DNA of 64,000 nt from Diadema antillarum (taxonomy: Eukaryota), in the NCBI RefSeq assembly GCF_040938485.1, contig NW_027271069.1, positions 992,001 to 1,056,000 of the forward strand, given 5' to 3'. The translations under genes were made by a program, and so were the position numbers. Position 1 is the first letter of the stretch; every line of letters starts with the position of its first letter. Below are positions 63,397 through 64,000 of the stretch, piece after piece. The notes beneath the pieces are model-generated. The model had not been told where the DNA came from, did no database searches, and worked only from the letters and a program-made list of their open reading frames with translations.

Positions 63397-64000
63397 AGAT
63401 TTTTTTCTCATCAGTCATTTGCAAAGTGTTTTTGTTCCGGCAACCCACCGAAGTGTATCGGATCACAGTCTGATGAATCCGACTTGTGTTGGTCGCCTAT
63501 CAGGTCAGTGTCAGACGTGTCAGGCAGGATCCAGTAAGGCAAGATCGTCCGATGAGGATCACGCGAGCAACGTCTGGCACCAACCTGATAGTCGACCAAC
63601 TATATTTGAATTCATCAGACTGCGATCCGATACACTTTGGTGGGTGGTCAGAAGCAACAAACTTTGCTTTCGACGAGTGACAGATGAAAACAAATCTCCG
63701 TGGGATGGGGTGTTACGTCCTGTACGTCTATTCAACAGATATTTCTTCTCATCGTTCACTCGTTGGAAGCAAGGTTTGTTGCTTCCGGCCACTCACTGAA
63801 GTATCTTGGAAAACAGTCCGGATGAATCCGACTTGTGTTGGTCGACGATCAGGTCAGTCTTAGACATGTCGGGCGTGATCCGATGAGGCAAGATCGTCCG
63901 ATGAAGGAACTAAGCTCAGAGCTTAGTTCGTCATCGGACGCCTTTCCCGTTCGCACAATGAGTCGAATTTGTGTCGGATGAGTGACCAGTCAGTCTGTTG
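63397..64000. repeat. Forward-inverted-forward foldback repeat array (runs to window edge)
   Basis: 63397-63517 is inverted at 63571-63697 and repeated directly from 63737; extra hairpin at 63896-63941. Confidence 0.8.

Noticed and set aside
63293-63799. Overlapping ORFs sharing peptides on opposite strands
   Set aside because: Explained by the inverted repeat; not protein-coding evidence.
63470-63941. Hammerhead ribozyme (CTGATGA cores)
   Set aside because: No GAAA after a stem II and no NUH cleavage geometry in any copy on either strand.

Overview
AT-rich, intron-rich animal genomic DNA. An invertebrate deuterostome such as a sea urchin is an inference from repeat style and CpG mosaicism, not established. 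Two spliced + strand genes can be built by hand with canonical GT-AG sites and consistent phases. (1) An MPP7-like p55-subfamily MAGUK (L27, PDZ, SH3, HOOK, guanylate-kinase-like): 13 core coding exons from 2170 to 46046 encoding 533 aa. Its N-terminal exon(s) lie upstream of the window. It has a candidate 93-nt cassette exon in the PDZ-SH3 linker and probably a 5-6 kb 3' UTR. (2) A 3-coding-exon gene (56635-60164) for a 265-aa secreted protein: signal peptide, C-type lectin domain with a degenerate Ca2+/sugar site, Ser/Thr linker and PAN/Apple domain. The rest is introns and intergenic DNA with many non-autonomous DNA transposons (TTAA-flanked Kolobok-like and piggyBac-like, TA-flanked, one with a 9-bp TSD), several nested or chained. 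There are also two tRNA-derived SINEs, decayed L2/CR1-type LINEs, hairpin/foldback elements, microsatellites and a 139-N gap. Almost all other ORFs in the track look like non-coding noise. I see no convincing wholly new biological system. The best leads are the lectin-PAN protein, the cassette exon, the TTAA-chained MITEs, the terminal foldback array, a sharp CpG boundary near 52.3 kb and a weak hint of an antisense spliced transcript in the 14.6-kb MPP7 intron.
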